From contig NIVC01002751.1 of the NCBI GenBank assembly GCA_002269645.1, positions 1-64,000 on the forward strand: 64,000 nucleotides of DNA, given 5' to 3'. The DNA is from Macrostomum lignano. Its lineage: Eukaryota. The position numbers and the translations under genes were made by a program. Below the pieces are notes generated by a model. That model saw only the letters and a list, made by a program, of their open reading frames with translations. It ran no database searches and was not told where the DNA came from. Of the stretch, positions 11,905 through 27,141 are shown piece by piece; position 1 is the stretch's first letter; each line of letters begins with the position of its first letter.

Positions 11905-14663
11905 ATGTATCTAGAAGTATTCAAAGAGCCAAGAGGAATGATGCGGCTTATTCAGCTGGTGAGTATTTATTTTGTTTTACTTGACATTCACCTAAATTGG
12001 TCACTCGATGCTAGTGGTGAATGCACTCAGTTTATATATAATTTTGATTCTTAATGATTTATTTATTGTCAGAGTTTGACTACTGATAAGTAGAAAGTAT
12101 AGACTGTGGCGCGAAAAGCTTGCATTACAGGCAAAAAATGCCGCCATGCAAGAGTGGAAGAGTATAAGTACATTTGCATGTGTTCAGCGTAGCTTATGGG
12201 TGAAGTCTAGCATTGAGTCATCTGAAGAAGCCTACGAGTATAAGGGCAGAACCCTGTCCTGGCAGTATCACCCGAGTTCGGTTGCACTATTTGTGTTTTT
12301 AGCTATTTGCAATCCTGGCATTTTCTACGACTGCCGGCTATAATTCAACAATGAAATTCGAGTACCGATGCAAGACGGGAAATGATACTGGCAGTCGGCA
12401 GCTCACAGTTAGCTATCCATTCTATACGCCTGACTCGGCTGTTGAGTCGATAGTCTGTCCCAGCACTGGCGTCAGCACTGTTCAGCCTGGCCTCAACTAT
12501 CCATTTGGTAGCTATATGTCCTCTGCTCAGTTCTACGTTTTTGTTGGCGTGATGGCCTTTCTCTACTGCATTGGCATCACTGTTCTGTATGTCGTCTTCG
12601 AGCAGGTCTACAATGACAATGACCTGGTGCCCCAGATTGTAAGCTCCTGCGGTTTGGTTGACTGTTGCTCTCCTGAGTCAGTTTGGTCAGATATAGCTCA
12701 CTCCTGAGTCAGTGGTCAGATATAGCTCACTCCTGAGTCAGTGGTCAGATATAGCTCACTCCTGAGTCAGTTTGGTCAGATATAGCTCACTCCTGAGTCA
12801 GTTTGGTCAGATATAGCTCACTCCTGAGTCAGTTTGGTCAGATATAGCTCACTCCTGAGTCAGTTTGGTCAGATATAGCTCACTCCTTAGTCAGTTTAGT
12901 CAGATATATTGTAGCTCACTCCTGAGTCAGTTTGGTCAGATATAGCTCACTCCTGAGTCAGTTTGGTCAGATATAGCTCACTCCTTAGTCAGTTTAGTCA
13001 GATATATTGTAGCTCACTCCTGAGTCAGTTTGGTCAGATATAGCTCACTCCTTAGTCAGTTTAGTCAGATATATTGTAGCTCACTCCTGAGTCAGTTTGG
13101 TCAGATATAGCTCACTCCTTAGTCAGTTTAGTCAGATATAGCTCACTCCTTAGTCAGTTTAGTCAGATATAGCTCACTCCTTAGTCAGTTTAGTCAGATA
13201 TATTGTAGCTCACTCCTGAGTCAGTTTGGTCAGATATAGCTCACTCCTTAGTCAGTTTGGTCAGATATAGCTCACTCCTTAGTCAGTTTAGTCAGATATA
13301 GCTCACTCCTGAGTCAGTTTGGTCAGATATAGCTCACTCCTTAGTCAGTTTAGTCAGATATAGCTCACTCCTGAGTCAGTTTAGTCAGATATAGCTCACT
13401 CCTTAGTCAGTTTAGTCAGATATAGCTCACTCCTTAGTCAGTTTAGTCAGATATAGCTCACTCCTGAGTCAGTTTGGTCAGATATAGCTCACTCCTGAGT
13501 CAGTTTAGTCAGATATATTGTAGCTCACTCCTGAGTCAGTTTGGTCAGATATAGCTCATTCCTTAGTCAGTTTAGTCAGATATATTGTAGCTCACTCCTG
13601 AGTCAGTTTGGTCAGATATAGCTCACTCCTTAGTCAGTTTAGTCAGATATAGCTCACTCCTTAGTCAGTTTAGTCAGATATAGCTCACTCCTGAGTCAGT
13701 TTAAACACCATGAGCTGTGTGATCAGCTATTAAAAACTTTTAAGCTGATTAGCTACTGCACACAGTAGTCAGTAATGTGTATGCTGTTAGTAACCAATAC
13801 ATAGCGAAATCTGGCCCCGCAGGATTTCATAGTCACCGCCGTTTGGACTCTGTTCTGGTTCATCGCCTCCGTGGCCTGGGCCGTCGGCGTCAGCTTTTTT
13901 AAGCTAGAGACCTACCCGGACAGGCTGTGGCACCAGATCACCGCTTGTCTGGGCTTGGCCGAATGCAAGACCAAGGAGTACTTTGGCTATGGTGGCTTGG
14001 ATGTGTCGCTTGTAAGTTCGAGTAAAATAGCTTTCTTTTACAAATACATGGCTATTCTATTATGGGAGAGTTTTTTGATATTTTGTACTTTAGACTGTGC
14101 TTTTTCAGATTAGTATATCTTATTGTAGTGTGCTATCTGACAGCCTGTAATGTTCTGCATAGTGCTGTAGTGTACTGTCTGAGCCTGTAATGTCCTGAAT
14201 AGTGCTGTAATGTACTGTCTGACAGCCTGTATACGAGAACTGTAATGTATCTAGATACTAGGTGACAGACTGCATAATGCTGTAATATACTGGGTGACAG
14301 ACTGAATAATGCTGTAATGTACTGGGTGACAGACTCCATAATGCTGTAATGTACTGGGTAACAGACTGCATAAGTGCTGCAGATTACCAGCTGCAGAATC
14401 GAATAGTACTGTAAACGTTGAACTTTCTGTCAACCTGCAATGTCACTGGCACACTACAGATCTGCGGCTTTGCCAACGTGTTCCTATGGGGCGCCAGTCT
14501 GTGGTTTCTGTTCAAGGAGACAGTATGGTTCAAGCGCATGTACCCTGAGCAGGCCTACGGCGAGTCCGACTTTGCTGGCGGCGGGCCGGACCCGAGCGGC
14601 GGCAGCGGCGGCTACCAGCAGAAGGGCGGCGTGGAAACCGGAGCCGGTCTGCCACCTCAGTAG
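11905..14663 (+). CDS. SYP: Synaptophysin/synaptoporin-family (MARVEL domain) protein, 4 exons
   Basis: Exons 11905-11958 (VFKEPRGMMRLIQL; start codon uncertain), 12303-12638 (LFAILAFSTTAGY...SSAQFYVFVGVMAFLY), 13823-14011 (DFIVTAVWTLFWFIASVAWA), 14460-14663 (GFANVFLWGASLWFLFKET plus Gly-rich tail). All GT-AG, phase 0. Motifs match synaptophysin KEP, SAQFFV and WFxFKET. Confidence 0.9.
12668..13703. repeat. 31-bp minisatellite (36-bp variant) in SYP intron 2
   Basis: Unit GAGTCAGTTTGGTCAGATATAGCTCACTCCT. Confidence 0.95.
14125..14380. repeat. Degenerate ~33-bp tandem repeat in SYP intron 3
   Basis: Recurrent TGACAGACTGCATAATGCTGTAATGTACTGGG-like units. Confidence 0.6.
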
Positions 14664-15028
14664 CTCTGCCTCCGAGTCTCTGTGGGTGGAGGTTAGCTTA
14701 GAAGAATACCTGCATTAGCAGCTAGTGTTGTCTTTTGAATAATCAAAGCACGTAGACAATTGATTTTGATAGACTTGAGCAGACTTGACTGAACAGACTT
14801 TGTTTTTTTATTTTACTGGAACGAACAAAACTTCTGTGTTTGTCGCCACTTTTGTAGCATTAGAACTGAAAAGTAACCAGTAATAATATCATAGAAATGC
14901 GACCAATCTTTTTTATATTGCCTTGCGTAACCAATATTTACCAGGTGTTTATTGCGGTTTAGTACGCCATTAACGTGTGTAAATTCCCATTGGTGGATGC
15001 ATAAGATTCCCACAATCAGCTGGGACTC

Positions 15029-15520
15029 CGCTACCTTCTTCCAAGTAGCTTGGCAGGTCACCGCTACCCTCTCTGCAGTAGCTTGGCAGGTCACCGCTAC
15101 CCTCTCTGCAGTAGCTTGGCAGGTCACCGCTACCCTCTCTGCAGTAGCTTGGCAGGTCACCGCTACCTTCTCTGCAGTAGCTTGGCAGGTCACCGCTACC
15201 CTCTCTGCAGTAGCTTGGCAGGTCACCGCTACCTTCTCCCAAGTAGCTTGGCAGGTCACCGCTACCTTCTCCCAAGTAGCTTGGCAGGTCACCGCTACCC
15301 TCTCTGCAGTAGCTTGGCAGGTCACCGCTACCCTCTCTGCAGTAGCTTGGCAGGTCACCGCTACCTTCTCTGCAGTAGCTTGGCAGGTCACCGCTACCCT
15401 CTCTGCAGTAGCTTGGCAGGTCACCGCTACCTTCTCCCAAGTAGCTTGGCAGGTCACCGCTACCCTCTCTGCAGTAGCTTGGCAGGTCACCGCTACCCTC
15501 TCTGCAGTAGCTTGGAAGGC
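15029..15520. repeat. 33-bp minisatellite
   Basis: Unit GTAGCTTGGCAGGTCACCGCTACCCTCTCTGCA. Confidence 0.95.
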
Positions 15521-16218
15521 CGTCACTGCACACCTCTGCAAAGTTCCATATCAAATGAAGGTTTAGAACAATTCTATTTACATGTATTGATATATGCCAT
15601 TCATAGATATTCCATTCACCCCCGACGGAGACTTTGTAATGCTAATTATTTATATTTATTCAAAAATTGGCTGTATGCCCTTTTGATTGTTTATTGCATA
15701 CTCGGGTGCTAATTTTTATAGCGCATATTCGAAAGAGCCTGGTGCTCAATCTCATTCTTCGATCTATATACATATCGGTAGCTACAGGTGTCACAAAGTT
15801 GCGGCCAACTTTTGTGCTAATTAATCTGAACAGATCCTTGTGTTTTATCAATCTATTTCTAACCCAATTGCTACTTAATAGAAAACCAATCACTAAACCT
15901 TATTTATGGCCCATCATTTTTAATATTAAAAATCGCTGATTCCTAAGCTCATGACTGTTTGAATTGAATTGCGCTTCCATTATATTTTGTAATTTGTTTG
16001 TGCACCGTTAAGCTTAAATACGAGCTAGTTTACTGTGTCTGCAAATTTTATAGTTCAATTTTAATTATACTATAAATAACTACTTAATCCCAGACCTAAC
16101 TGATCATTACTCCAACTGGTGATTCTTTACTGATTAATTTTTGCCTTTGTTCATTTTGTGCCTGCTTGCTTCTTCGCAATTGTCGGCTACTAATGGTAGC
16201 TTATGAATCTTTTATAGA

Positions 16219-17000
16219 TGCCATTTCTCCCCCAATCAATAAGATAACTGCCATTACTCCCTCAATCCATCAGATAACTGCCATTTCTCCCCCAATCTAT
16301 CAGATAACTGGTATTACTCCCTCAGTCAATCAGATAACTGCCATTGCTCTTCCAATCTATCAGATAACTGGCATTACTCCCCAGTCCATAAGATAACTGC
16401 CATTACTCTTCCAATCTATCAGATAACTGGCATTACTCCCCCAATCTATCAGATAACTGGCATTACTCCCCCAATCTATCAGATAACCGGCATTACTCCC
16501 CCAATCTATCAGATAACCGGCATTACTCCCCCAATCTATCAGATAACCGGCATTACTCCCCCAATCTATCAGATAACTGGTATTACTCCCCAGTCCATCA
16601 GATAACTGACATTTCTCCACCAATCTATCAGATAACCGGCATTACTCCCCCAATCTATCAGATAACAGGCATTACTCCCCCAATATATCAGATAACTGGC
16701 ATTACTCCCCCAATCTATCAGATAACTGGCATTACTCCCCCAATCTATCAGATAACCGGCATTACTCCCCCAATCTATCAGATAACAGGCATTACTCCCC
16801 AATCTATCAGATAACCGGCATTACTCCCCCAATCTATCAGATAACAGGCATTACTCCCCAATCTATCAGATAACCGGCATTACTCCCCCAATCTATCAGA
16901 TAACCGGCATTACTCCCCCAATCTATCAGATAACTGGTATTACTCCCCAGTCCATCAGATAACTGACATTTCTCCCCGAATCTATCAGATAACTGACATT
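16219..17000. repeat. 30-bp minisatellite
   Basis: Unit CCCCAATCTATCAGATAACCGGCATTACTC. Confidence 0.95.
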
Positions 17001-17154
17001 AATCCTTAGATTTATTGACGGCCAGATTCGTTATTCAATAAGTTTTAGCTTATTGTCAATCAATGAAAATGAATACAGATTACACATAGCGGCTGTCCCG
17101 TTTGAACTGTGCTCATACCATAACTCTACTGAAATTGTCATTTCATGCTAAAAA

Positions 17155-18805
17155 ATGGCCGACAACAAGTCGGTAGCTCAGCGCAGCGCCTCCTCCGTGG
17201 ACGCCATCAAGAAGATGGAGAAGGAGCTGTACAGAGAGGCCCTGATGCGGGATTACGATTTGAAGCGCGGCTCGAAGTATCCGCCAATGTCTATTGAGCC
17301 GTTTCCCTACGAGCGGCAGCGGCTCTCGGGCAACTACACCGATGCGGACAGGGCCCTGCGCAAGCAGTGGCTGCAGGACCAGATCCTGACTGATCGGGAG
17401 CCGGTTAGTGCGATACAACTGACTGCTGTGTTTGCTAGCTGTGTTGTTGCTTTCATGGAATCAGGCTATTTATATTCAGAATCACTCTAGTGGAATTTAG
17501 TTACTTCATACAGATATAGTCACTCCTTTAAAAAATAATTACTCCATTGAGTTTGACAATCACTGCATTGAGTTTAAGAATGACTTCAACGAGTTTGAGA
17601 ATCAGGTTGCCACTCTTCTGGATGGGTTGCCACTCTTCTGGATGGGTTGCCACTCTTCTGGATGGGTTGCCACTCTTCTGGATGGGTTGCCACTCTTCTG
17701 GATGGGTTGCCACTCTTCTGGATGGGTTGCCACTCTTCTGGATGGGTTGCCACTCTTCTGGATGGGTTGCCACTCTTCTGGATGGGTTGCCACTCTTCTA
17801 GATGGGTTGCCACTCTTCTAGATGGGTTGCCACTCTTCTGGATAGGTTGCCACTCTTCTGGATGGGTTGCCACTCTTCTGGATGGGTTGCCACTCTTCTA
17901 GATGGGTTGCCACTCTTCTAGATGGGTTGCCACTCTTCTGGATAGGTTGCCACTCTTCTGGATGGGTTGCCACTCTTCTGGATGGGTTGCCACTCTTCTG
18001 GATGGGTTGCCACTCTTTTACTCCGTTGATTTTAAGAATCACTGCTTTGAGTTTAAGAATGACTCCGTTAAGTTTGAGAATCACTGCATTGAGGTTGAAA
18101 ATCACTCCATTGAGTTTGAGAATCACTCCATCGAGTTTGAGAATCACTCCGTTCAGTTTGAGCAGCACTGCATTGAGATTGAGAATCACTTCATCGAGTT
18201 TGAGAATCACTCCATTGAGTTTGAGAATCACTCCATCATGCTTGAGAATCACTCCGTTCAGACTGACTGATTGCTAATCATTCCATTAGAGAATCACTAC
18301 TAAATATTAGTGCCCCGGGATCTCTCTCGAACTCCATATTGGTAATTGATTTACTAAGCATCACCCGCACTTACCTTGGCCACAGGTACACGTGGAGCGC
18401 TGGATGCGCAGGAACATATTCAGACGAATCTGGAATGCGCCATTCGACGCTCTGGACCGCGCGCTGACCCGCACCGGCCTGCCGCTGTCAGCTACCTACG
18501 GCATCCGGTTCGCCCTGCCCAAGCTAGTAGCCGGCCTAGCCGCTATATACGCCCTCTGTCTGCACTTGAAGGTGGCACCGCGCACCTGGGAAACCGGCGT
18601 AGGCATGGTTGTTACACAGGCTAACGCTGTCACTCGAATGAGCGTGCCAGGCACCGCGGAATGGGAACGATTTCAAAACGGCGAATTCTACCGCTCCAAA
18701 GAGTCGTTTGACGATCTGGGATTCTCCAAGCGGTCGGCTATGCGCGATGAGACGCTGCTAACTAGCGCCGCGGGACCGCAGATGAATGGAACCGTTAATC
18801 AGTGA
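17155..18805 (+). CDS. NDUFB6: NADH dehydrogenase 1 beta subcomplex subunit 6 (B17), 2 exons
   Basis: Exons 17155-17403 and 18386-18805, GT-AG phase 0. ERQRL...RALRKQWLQDQILTDREP|VHVERWMRRNIFRRIWNAPFD matches the B17 pattern R..WLKDQ.L...EP...N...R.Y.AP.D. Confidence 0.85.
17541..18262. repeat. 21-bp minisatellite interrupted by a 20-bp minisatellite (17605-18017), NDUFB6 intron
   Basis: Outer unit CTCCATTGAGTTTGAGAATCA; inner unit GGTTGCCACTCTTCTGGATG. Confidence 0.9.
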
Positions 18806-18934
18806 CTCACTACTGACTACTGAGTCATTTTTGCGCTTATCTGAACTCCAACTGTTAGTTAGTTTGCCATCTTTTCAATACAACAAACTGGGTTATTTTA
18901 ACTTATCTTGCTTTGTTTAAATTCAAGCTGATTG

Positions 18935-19620
18935 AACGGAGAGGCAGAGGATTTGAGAATGGAATAGAGAGGATTGAGGGAGGAGCGGAGAGGCAGATTC
19001 AGGAATTGAGGGAGGAGCGGAGAGGCAGATTCAGGGATTGAGGGAGGAGCGGAGAGGCAGATTCAGGAATTGAGGGAGGAGCGGAGAGGCAGATTCAGGA
19101 ATTGAGGGAGGAGCGGAGAGACAGATTCAGGGATTGAGGGAGGAGTGGAGAGGCAGATTCAGGGATTGAGGGAGGAGCGGAGAGACAGATTCAGGGATTG
19201 AGGGAGGAGTGGAGAGGCAGATTCAGGGATTGAGGGAGGAGCGGAGAGACAGATTCAGGGATTGAGGGAGGAGTGGAGAGGCAGATTCAGGGATTGAGGG
19301 AGGAGCGGAGAGACAGATTCAGGGATTGAGGGAGGAGTGGAGAGGCAGATTCAGGGATTGAGGGAGGAGCGGAGAGACAGATTCAGGGATTGAGGGAGGA
19401 GTGGAGAGGCAGATTCAGGGATTGAGGGAGGAGCGGAGAGACAGATTCAGGGATTGAGGGAGGAGTGGAGAGGCAGATTCAGGGATTGAGGGAGGAGTGG
19501 AGAGGCAGATTCAGGGATTGAGGGAGGAGCGGAGAGACAGATTCAGGGATTGAGGGAGGAGCGGAGAGACAGATTCAGGGATTGAGGGAGGAGTGGAGAG
19601 GCAGATTCAGGGACTGAGGG
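18935..19620. repeat. 32-bp purine-rich minisatellite
   Basis: Unit GGGATTGAGGGAGGAGCGGAGAGGCAGATTCA. Confidence 0.95.
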
Positions 19621-20295
19621 AGTTCTCAAGAGAGAATCAAGATGCAGTGTTGGGCGTTTATCCTGCTTATTTTTAACTCAAAGCCTCCGAAGTAGGTGTC
19701 AACAGAATCTTAGTCAAACAGTTGAAAAGCAAAATATCGTCAGTCTTCTGTTGCTACTTACAAGTAGACGATTAGGGATATGCTAATATAATGGCTTCTT
19801 GAATTTAACTCTTAGATTTGTAAAATGAAAATTATTTATTTCAATCTTAGTAATACTATATATACTACTGACTAGCTGTTAAAATAAATAGCTTTTGTTC
19901 ACTATTTGTACCCGTGTAGTACCGGTAGTTTTGCCAATAGTGGCACAGGCAGTTTTCCATCTTCCTTACAGAGTCTGGCGTTAGAAAGAAGTTTAATAAA
20001 CGGGTATTCATTTTGTTAATAAACTACCCTTATTGTAATCAATAGTACATAATAAGCTACTATCAATTCGTCTATATGCCAGAGTCTAAACCCTTGCTTA
20101 GTAAACTGTGTGCCCAGTCGTAGCTTTAGTCCAATCCAAGTTTACTGTGCCGCAACAAGTAAATACCTGAGATACCTGATTAGCTTGCCTTTGTGTGTCC
20201 TGCTTTTTATTTCTTCTTTGATCATTAGGTACGGTTATTTACCACAATAATAAGTAGTCTTAAAGAAGTTTACACAGTGTATAACAATTTTACAG

Positions 20296-21426
20296 GTGAC
20301 AGATTGTAGCTGACAGTTTGTAGCTGACATGTTGTAGCTGACATGTTGTAGCTGACAGTTTGTAGCTGACATGTTGTAGCTGACAGATTGTAGCTGACAT
20401 GTTGTAGCTGACAGTTTGTAGCTGACATGTTGTAGCTGACAGATTGTAGCTGACAGTTTGTAGCTGACATGTTGTAGCTGACAGATTGTAGCTGACAGTT
20501 TGTAGCTGACATGTTGTAGCTGACAGATTGTAGCTGACAGTTTGTAGCTGACATGTTGTAGCTGACATGTTGTAGCTGACAGTTTGTAGCTGACATGTTG
20601 TAGCTGACATGTTTGTAGCTGACAGATTGTAGCTGACAGGTTGTAGCTGACAGTTTGTAGCTGACATGTTGTAGCTGACAGATTGTAGCTGACAGTTTGT
20701 AGCTGACATGTTGTAGCTGACAGTTTGTAGCTGACAGGTTGTAGCTGACAGGTTGTAGCTAACATGTTGTAGCTGACAGTTTGTAGCTGACAGTTTGTAG
20801 CTGACATGTTGTAGCTGACAGTTTGTAGCTGACAGATTGTAGCTGACAGGTTGTAGCTGACAGTTTGTAGCTGACATGTTGTAGCTGACAGATTGTAGCT
20901 GACAGTTTGTAGCTGACATGTTGTAGCTGACATGTTGTAGCTGACAGTTTGTAGCTGACAGATTGTAGCTGACAGTTTGTAGCTGACAGATTGTAGCTGA
21001 CAGGTTGTAGCTGACAGTTTGTAGCTGACATGTTGTAGCTGACAGTTTGTAGCTGACAGATTGTAGCTGACAGATTGTAGCTGACAGGTTGTAGCTGACA
21101 GATTTTAACTGACAGATTGTAGCTGACAGGTTGTAGCTGACAGATTTTAACTGACAGTTTGTAGCTGACATGTTGTAGCTGACAGGTTTTAACTGACAGG
21201 TTGCAACTGACAGGTTGTAGCTGACAGGTTGCAACTGACAGGTTGTAGCTGACATGTTGTAGCTGACAGGTTGCAACTGACAGGTTGTAGCTGACAGGTT
21301 GTAGCTGACAGTTTGTAGCTGACAGGTTGTAGCTGACATGTTGTAGCTGACAGGTTGCAACTGACATGTTGTAGCTGACAGATTTAATGACAGGTTGTAG
21401 CTGACAGGTTGCAACTGACAGGTTGT
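20296..21426. repeat. 14-bp minisatellite
   Basis: Unit AGCTGACA(GT/TG/GA/GG)TTGT. Confidence 0.95.
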
Positions 21427-21507
21427 AAAGGTGAGCATCAGATGTGTTTGCTAGCACTGATCCCTAGCTTATGCCAGACAATTTTACACAGTACAGTATG
21501 CACATAA

Positions 21508-24293
<2,786 letters not shown>

Positions 24294-25104
24294 TAGGTCT
24301 GGAAGCTCTGAGCAGTAGGTACCTGGTGGCTTCCAGTTCATCTTCAAAAGTACGCGTAGGGATCGCAAATCCCTGGATCCCGGGATCTGGCTAATATAAC
24401 TACAAGCATAACATTGCTGTCATTTTAAAGCGGCAGATTTCTTCTTTCTACGCTAGTAAATTATACATTTGGCAAGTATGCCAGAGCAGGGATTCATATG
24501 GAGGACAAAGTTCGGCGCAGTCTCTTTCATGGTCGATTGACGGGATGCTCAAGTGAAGGGGGAAGTGCATTGCTACAGGTAGAGACTGTTGAGAAAGCTG
24601 TCTGGAAGGCTGATGATGGCTCTATAAGAACAAACCATCTCTTTTTATCTACTTTATCGCTTTAAAATGACACCAAATAAGTTTGCAGCTGAGTTTCCAT
24701 TTGGGTTTTTTAAAAATGACCGAACTTTCCTGACACCCCTTCGTACGAGGTATATTGGTATTGATTATTTTTTTCTGATCCCGGGATTTCGCGATCTCTA
24801 CTTTAATTAAATAACTTAAGCCTGTGTTGTTCAACTTAAGTCATTCGTCCTCTTGACCAGATATTCTATGTAGTGGCTGTTGATCTGCTTTCTTTTTTAG
24901 ATCCTAAACAAGCATTGGTTCTTTGTTACACTGTTCACTGCGTTCATTAACTGTGTGTTTTTGTTCATTATTTACTGTGGCTTTCTGGTACTCGCAAACA
25001 ATTCATTACTTATGGGTTTGTTGAGCTGTTAAATGATCAGAAGGTTTCGGTAATGAATTCCTAATTTTAATTTTATCCTGAAGATTTAGCCCTTTAAAAA
25101 CTTT

Positions 25105-26780
25105 ACCATGTTATTGCAAACAACTCACCAGTGATTCTAGCGACTCTTGTAACTTTTCAACCACTCGAACGACTGCAATGCAACGGAGAGGCGACTCTTG
25201 AGTCACGAGCTCATCACGTGAGTTGCAGAATCGTGAAAAGAGTCGCGAAAAGTCGTCCAAGAGTCATTGTGCTTGCGCTTTAGTTGCAACTCGGTGATTC
25301 TGCAGTGACTCTACGGCCCCAGAGTCATTATACGAGGGGTGTCCCAAGGGTCGGTGCACTTTCTTCACTGCAGCCTTTTCTGACCGATCAGAAATATTTA
25401 TTTTGTATCAGTTAACAGGAGAATTATCTGCCCGTTAAAATGACTTTCTGTTTGTTTCTGTATCTGCTGGCATTCTTGAGATGTGAGCATTTTTATGCCC
25501 CACCCCCTGTGCTACTTTTACAAATTGCCATAGACCAAAGCTTTGTACCTGATGCACGAAACAACGAAATATTCAACGAATCAATAAAACATCGGCAACA
25601 TGAAAGCTGAGGAAAGAACAGTTGAAGGTTAATCATTAACATTGTCCTGAGGATTCTCCACATAGTCACCACTGCGCTGCACACTTCTGCCATCGGCAAT
25701 GGCATCAGCAAGGGCATCAGCAATGGCATCGACAAATTCAGGAATGGCTTGACACCGATGCCAGACTGACAGTTCGTGAGATTGATCAGACTGACATGCT
25801 CGGCAGTCCAAAGTTCACTGTTCCATACCGCACGATGACTGCAGAGTTGGAACTGTCAAAGATCTCGGCCCGCTGGGTACCGCGGCTCCGCACCTTCTGC
25901 GCCATGACAACCCACAATCCACGTCCCACACGGCCAAGAAAACGGAGGAGACGATCAAGCAGGCAAGTTTTGAGCTGCTCTGACACCCACGCCTTCTCTC
26001 TGGATTTGTCACCAGCTGACTTTTCCATCTTTCCAAAGATAAAGAAGCTGCTGCATGGACGAATCTTTGCTTGTTGTGGGAGCCTGGAAGCATTGACTCG
26101 CTAAGTTCTCCTTCATGAGATGCCGCGCTCAGATTTTGCTGATGCCATTGACGACATGCACAGCCGATGGCAGAAGTGTGCAGCGCAGTGGTCACTGTGT
26201 GGAGAGTCCTCAGGACAGTGTTAATGATTAACTTTTAACTGTTCTTTCCTCAGCTTTCATGTTGCCGATGTTTTATTGATTCGTTGAATATTTCGTTGTT
26301 TCGTGCATCAGGTGCAAAGCTTTGGTCTATGGCAATTTGTAAAAGTAGCACAGGGGGTGGGGCATAAAAATGCTCATATCTCAAGAATGCCAGCAGATAC
26401 AGAAATAAACAGAAAGTTATTTTAACGGGCAGATAATTCTCTTGTTAACTGATACAAAATAAATATTTCTGATCGGTCAGAGGGGGCTGTGGTGGGGAGG
26501 GTGCACCGACTTTTGGGACACCCCTCGTAGAAGCGCCCCCAGAGTGACTTGCGCTGCCCGAGTGTCGTTTCAGAGTCGCAGGCAGTAAAACGCCTCAAAT
26601 TTGACTCTCAGGCGACTCTGACCACTTTTTTGGCGACTTTTAACGTGACATCTCGTTGCTTTAGACTAGAGTCGTTCGTCTAGAGTCACTTCTTTCATAT
26701 TTCACCTTTATTACCTGTACCGACTCTAAAGTGACTTTGGGGCCACCCAAGTTGACTCTATGACGCTTCTTGGCCTTGGT
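25105..26780. mobile_element. Possible non-autonomous DNA element rich in GAGTC/GACTC motifs, host of the mariner at 25333
   Basis: About 14 GAGTC/GACTC motifs are split evenly across both flanks of the mariner. Both ends begin TACCA in inverted orientation. No convincing TIR or TSD beyond that. Confidence 0.35.
25333..26527 (+). mobile_element. Internally deleted mariner derivative with ~380-bp inverted arms
   Basis: TA-flanked CGAGGGGTGTCCCAA termini. Left arm 25333-25711 is the reverse complement of 26136-26527. The middle encodes DARLTVREI...SKISARWVPRL, AFSLDLSPADFSIFPKIKKLLHG and SRWQKCAAQ. Confidence 0.9.
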
Positions 26781-27141
26781 AACGTTTTCAAGCGGCTAAT
26801 ATCCTAAAAAAATATTCTTTCCATGCAACACTAAGCCGTTTAATACCTTCTATCTCTGCTTGGATTGTTTTGCTATCATGTCTTGTTTTTTTTATCTACT
26901 ATGCAATGCTATTGAGAGTATCGGTGTTTAGTCATATGACATCAAATACAATTATTTTTCTGTTAAATACTTATCACAACTAATGGCGATGGCATTAGGT
27001 ATTAGGTACAGACACAAAGCTATTAAACTGTTAGTTTGTCTTATTTTAAAAACTTTTTTGAAACCATCTACTAAGATGAACGAATTTACCAGAATGCAGT
27101 ACAGTGCAGAACACTAGATATCTAGATATATGGACTACTAA

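Noticed and set aside
24506-24673. ~55-aa ORF (MEDKVRRSLFHG...) after DPM1
   Set aside because: Short, no recognisable motif and no supporting splice structure.
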